From the NCBI GenBank assembly GCA_044344255.1, contig JBIJDH010000019.1:1-64000 (forward strand): a stretch of 64,000 bases of DNA. Reading direction: 5' to 3'. Both the position numbers and the translations under genes were made by a program. The stretch is from Myxococcota bacterium (GTDB lineage: Bacteria > Myxococcota_A > UBA796 > UBA2385). Shown here in pieces: positions 60,388 through 64,000 of the stretch; positions within the stretch are counted from its first letter, which is position 1; each line of letters begins with the position of its first letter. Under the pieces are notes generated by a model. The model was not told the origin of the DNA, ran no database searches, and was given only the letters and a program-made list of their open reading frames with translations.

Positions 60388-62337
60388 ATGCGTCGCCTCT
60401 CGCACCTGCTCTTGCTCTGCCCGCTCAGCGTCGCCTGCTCCGAGTACGACATCCTGGGGGAGAAGGAAGACAATCCGCCCCAACGGAATGACACGGGTGT
60501 GCCCGAAGAGGAAGACTCCGAGGTCGTGATCGTCGAGACGGCCGAGCCCTTGCCCGAGTGCCAGGGCCGCATCTTTGACGAGCACAGCGTGCCGATGATC
60601 GAGGCCTGCGCCGAGTCCTCCGAGCCCGTCGGCACCTTCACGCCGACGGTGGAGTGGGAGAAGGCCACCTGGACCGTCCAGCCCGGGAGCTCTCAGGTGA
60701 TGATGATGCCCGCGGTGGGCTCCTTCAACGACGACGACGGCGACGGTGACGCCGATGAAGACGACATCCCCGACGTCGTGGTGGTCACCTACGGGAGCTC
60801 TGACGTCATCCGGGTGGTGAGCGGAGACGGGTCGGGCACCGAGATCCTCAACATCGCCGGGACCGGCGTCCAAGGCCAGGGCGGCGTCGCCCTCGGCGAC
60901 ATCGACGGCGACGGCTGGCAAGACATCGTCATCCCCACCACCAGCCGCACGATCGCGGTCTACGACCACCTCGGCAACCGGATGTGGGTGAGCGCCAGCC
61001 TCGGCGGCGCCCTCTACGGTACGTCCGACAACCCGGCGATCGCCGACATGGACGGGGACGGAAGCCCGGAGATCATCTGCGGCGCTGCCATCCTCTCGAG
61101 CACGGGCGCCGTGCTCGGCAAGGGCACGGCGGGGATCGGCGGCGTGAACGGAGCCAACGTGGGCACCGCGTCCTTCGCCTACGACATCGACGACGACGGC
61201 GTACAAGAGGTGGTGGTCGGCAACGCCCTCTACGACATCACGGGCGCCACCATCTGGAACAACGGCCTCGTAGACGGCTACCCCGCGGTGGGCAACTTCG
61301 ACTCCGACACCATGGGCGAGATCGTGGTCACGAGCGGCGGGAAGATCCGCCTGCAAGACGACAACGGCACCAAGCTCTGTGAGACCGCGATCCCCGGCGC
61401 CGGCTCCGCCTACTACGGAGGCCCCCCCACCGTCGCCGACTTCGACGGTGACGGCGAGGCCGAGTTCGCCGCCGCCGCGGGCAGCCGCTACTCGGTCTTC
61501 GAGAAGGACTGCTCCGTCAAGTGGCAGGCCACGACGCAAGACGCGAGCAGCGGCAACACGGGCTCCTCTGTCTTCGACTTTGAGGGAGACGGCGTCGCCG
61601 AGGCCGTCTACGCCGACGAGACGAAGCTGTGGGTCTTCGCCGGGCCGGACGGCGCGGTCAAGCTCTCCGACCCCCACCACAGCAACGCCACCTGGCTCGA
61701 GTACCCGGCCATCGCCGACGTAGACGGCGACAACCAGGCCGAGATCATCGTCGCCAACACCGCCTACATGATGTCCTACTCGGGCTTCACCGTCTTCGGA
61801 GACGCCAGCAGCTCCTGGCGGCCCGGGCGAAAGATCTGGAACCAGCACGCCTACTCGATCACCAACGTCAACGATGACGGCAGCATCCCCGCCGTCGCCG
61901 ACCGCAACCTCGAGTACTACAACAACTTCCGCTCCGGCGCCCTCAACGTTGGCTCAGACCTCCCCGCACGGCCCGATCTCTACGTCACCATCGAGGACGT
62001 CTGCATTGACGAATGCGTCCTCGACCGCCTGCTCGTCTGGGTGTCGGTCACCAACCAGGGCTACACGGACATCACCGAGGACGTCCCGCTCACGCTGACG
62101 GGCACGCAGCAAGATGGCACCGCGGTCGAGCTCTACAGCACGATCATCACCGATGTCATCCCCGCCGGTCAGGCCCTGCAGGCCTACGAGATCCTGGTCG
62201 AGAGCGGCGCCTCGGCGATCGTCAGCCTGTCGGCCTCGATCGACGGCGGAAACAGCGGCGTCGGCGCGATCCTCGAGGAGTGCGACGAGCTCAACAACGA
62301 CAGCGTCTGGGCGGGAGAGGCCTGCCTCGCGCCCTGA
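60388..62337 (+). CDS. FG-GAP/VCBS repeat lipoprotein
   Basis: Lipobox VAC, GGPPTVADFDGDG, SSVFDFEGDG..EAVYADE, WNQHAY.ITNVNDDG. Confidence 0.88.
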   Translation: MRRLSHLLLLCPLSVACSEYDILGEKEDNPPQRNDTGVPEEEDSEVVIVETAEPLPECQGRIFDEHSVPMIEACAESSEPVGTFTPTVEWEKATWTVQPGSSQVMMMPAVGSFNDDDGDGDADEDDIPDVVVVTYGSSDVIRVVSGDGSGTEILNIAGTGVQGQGGVALGDIDGDGWQDIVIPTTSRTIAVYDHLGNRMWVSASLGGALYGTSDNPAIADMDGDGSPEIICGAAILSSTGAVLGKGTAGIGGVNGANVGTASFAYDIDDDGVQEVVVGNALYDITGATIWNNGLVDGYPAVGNFDSDTMGEIVVTSGGKIRLQDDNGTKLCETAIPGAGSAYYGGPPTVADFDGDGEAEFAAAAGSRYSVFEKDCSVKWQATTQDASSGNTGSSVFDFEGDGVAEAVYADETKLWVFAGPDGAVKLSDPHHSNATWLEYPAIADVDGDNQAEIIVANTAYMMSYSGFTVFGDASSSWRPGRKIWNQHAYSITNVNDDGSIPAVADRNLEYYNNFRSGALNVGSDLPARPDLYVTIEDVCIDECVLDRLLVWVSVTNQGYTDITEDVPLTLTGTQQDGTAVELYSTIITDVIPAGQALQAYEILVESGASAIVSLSASIDGGNSGVGAILEECDELNNDSVWAGEACLAP

Positions 62338-62377
62338 TCCTGCGCAGATCTCTCGCGGGGGGCCGAGATGCGGTAGG

Positions 62378-63088
62378 ATGGCGGAACCTTCTTCGGAGTC
62401 CGCCTTGAAGCTCGCCTGTCTCCTCTCTTTCCTGGTCCTCGGTAGCTCGGCAGCCTTCGCCGCAGACCCCGCCGCGCCGCCCGCCGCGCCCCCGCCCGCG
62501 CCGCCCGCCGCGGGCCCGGTGGTGTACAAGCTCGACCCTGGGCAGAGCCAGATCTATGTGCAGGTCTTCAAAGACCCCTCCACCCTCGCCGCCGGGCTGT
62601 CGCACGACCACGTCATCGCCGCCAAGGGCTGGTCCGGCACCTTCACCTTCGACGCCGCCAACCCCGCGGCTTGTAAGGGTGAGCTCAGCGTCCCCGTCGC
62701 CCAGCTCGAGAACGACAAGGCCGACCTCCGCAAGAAGGTCGGCTACGACACCGAGCTCGACGACAGCGCCCGCGCCGAGGTCAAGGAGCACATGCTCGAC
62801 GACGAGCAGCTCGACGCCAAGAAGTACCCCACGATCAACCTGAAGATCTCCTCCTGTTCAGGCACCGGCTCGAACATCACCGTGAACGCTGCGCTCACCC
62901 TGCACGGGCAGTCGAAGACCCTCGCGGTGCCGATGAGCCTGTCCGCGAGCCCCGGGGAGCTCTCCGCGAAGGGCACCTTCAAGGTGAACCACACCGACTT
63001 TGGCATGGAGCCCTTCTCCGCCATGCTCGGCCAGCTCAAGAACCTGAACGAGCTCAAGTTCACGGTCCAGGTGAAGGGCAAGCCCTGA
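62378..63088 (+). CDS. YceI-like lipid/polyisoprenoid-binding protein
   Basis: Signal peptide, YKLDPGQS, HDHVI, LDAKKYPTI, LTLHG, TDFGMEP. Confidence 0.85.
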   Translation: MAEPSSESALKLACLLSFLVLGSSAAFAADPAAPPAAPPPAPPAAGPVVYKLDPGQSQIYVQVFKDPSTLAAGLSHDHVIAAKGWSGTFTFDAANPAACKGELSVPVAQLENDKADLRKKVGYDTELDDSARAEVKEHMLDDEQLDAKKYPTINLKISSCSGTGSNITVNAALTLHGQSKTLAVPMSLSASPGELSAKGTFKVNHTDFGMEPFSAMLGQLKNLNELKFTVQVKGKP

Positions 63089-63128
63089 TCGGCCGCAGCT
63101 CCACGCAGGCCTGTCCCTGCAGCCGCCT

Positions 63129-64000
63129 TTACTGGAAGGTGTAGCGGAGCGAGAGCAGCCCCGTGGACTGTACGCTCCGCCCCTCACAGAGGCGGTTGTC
63201 GTCTCCGGTGCTGCAGTCCACCTGATCGGCGAGGGACATGTCGCGGGTCCAGACCACCTTCTCGGTCACGGTGAAGCGGCCGTTGAGCTTGATCTCCAGG
63301 TCGACCGTGTCGCGGGTGATGGAGTCTTGATCGAGGGAGTCGGCGAGCGAGACCCCGTCCGGGAACAGCACGGGGAGGAGCTCGAGCGTGTTCATCAGGC
63401 TCCACCGCTTCGCCTCGTAGCCCGCCTTCAACCGAAGAGAGCCTCGGATGAGGGCGCTCTGGCAGGCAGTGTCGATCCCCACCGTCAATCCATCACAGTC
63501 TCCGCCCGCAGGGGTGGTGATCGCGCGGTAGTTCCAGACAGGCGCAAACGAGAGGTCGAGGCGGGCGGGGTGGAGGACGTCGAGGACATCGACCTTCAGG
63601 CCCACCGGCGCTACCACCGCGTCGAGGTCGAGGTTGGCCACCGGGTTTCGTTCAGCCTCCGCGAAGAAGAAGGGCGTGAGCCGCGGCCAGAGGTAGTTGT
63701 AGTCGAGCGAGAAGCGGCCCCGGAGCTCGCTGTTCGTGTCTTCCCCCGCCGCGCGCCCGCGGGTGTAACTGGCGCTCAACTTCACCTCGACGGGGTCACG
63801 GCCGTAGAGCGCCGGGATGGGCTCCCGGACAAAGCTGAAGCCCACGGTCCCGTCGTGGAGATCGACGTCTGAATTCGTGGACAGACCGCCATCGAGCGAG
63901 ACGGTGATGGGGACCTTCGGATCCATGCGGTCGGCGACGGTGCGCTCGGTGATGATCCCGCGGCCGTCTCGCTTCTCGACGAGCACCACGCCGCCGAAGC
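63129..64000 (-). CDS. Putative outer-membrane beta-barrel protein (DUF481-like), 5'-partial
   Basis: Frame is open to the window edge. Alternating beta-strand pattern and C-terminal aromatic signature (LRYTFQ). Confidence 0.55.
   Translation of the reverse strand, partial: FGGVVLVEKRDGRGIITERTVADRMDPKVPITVSLDGGLSTNSDVDLHDGTVGFSFVREPIPALYGRDPVEVKLSASYTRGRAAGEDTNSELRGRFSLDYNYLWPRLTPFFFAEAERNPVANLDLDAVVAPVGLKVDVLDVLHPARLDLSFAPVWNYRAITTPAGGDCDGLTVGIDTACQSALIRGSLRLKAGYEAKRWSLMNTLELLPVLFPDGVSLADSLDQDSITRDTVDLEIKLNGRFTVTEKVVWTRDMSLADQVDCSTGDDNRLCEGRSVQSTGLLSLRYTFQ

Overview
High-GC bacterial chromosome segment, probably from a Myxococcota-like organism (MYXO-CTERM-like tails, MopE-type Cys/Asp motifs, many FG-GAP lipoproteins; taxonomy is inferred). 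The core is a minus-strand block: gap-pgk-tpiA-secG, then rpsQ plus the spc and alpha ribosomal operons (16.2-29.8 kb). This block is rearranged: it is cut off from the rest of the S10 operon and lacks rpsD and infA. Housekeeping and surface-protein genes and a tRNA-Gly(GCC) flank it. The most striking element is at the left end: two ~97-98% identical direct copies (1-1211, truncated by the window edge, and 3597-4808) of an apparently non-coding ~1.37 kb unit. On the minus strand each copy has a sigma-54 (-24/-12) promoter, a palindromic upstream site at identical spacing and many GNRA-capped hairpins. The complete copy also ends in an intrinsic terminator. Some differences between the copies preserve RNA structure, so this looks like a multi-copy, sigma-54-driven large structured ncRNA that I cannot assign to a known class. 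Other notable items are an apparently catalytically dead IS66 transposase domain fused to a long repeat region, and a Cya2-type (guanylyl-signature) cyclase coupled to a CRTAC1/ASPIC lipoprotein. All calls come from reading the sequence; no database searches were run.
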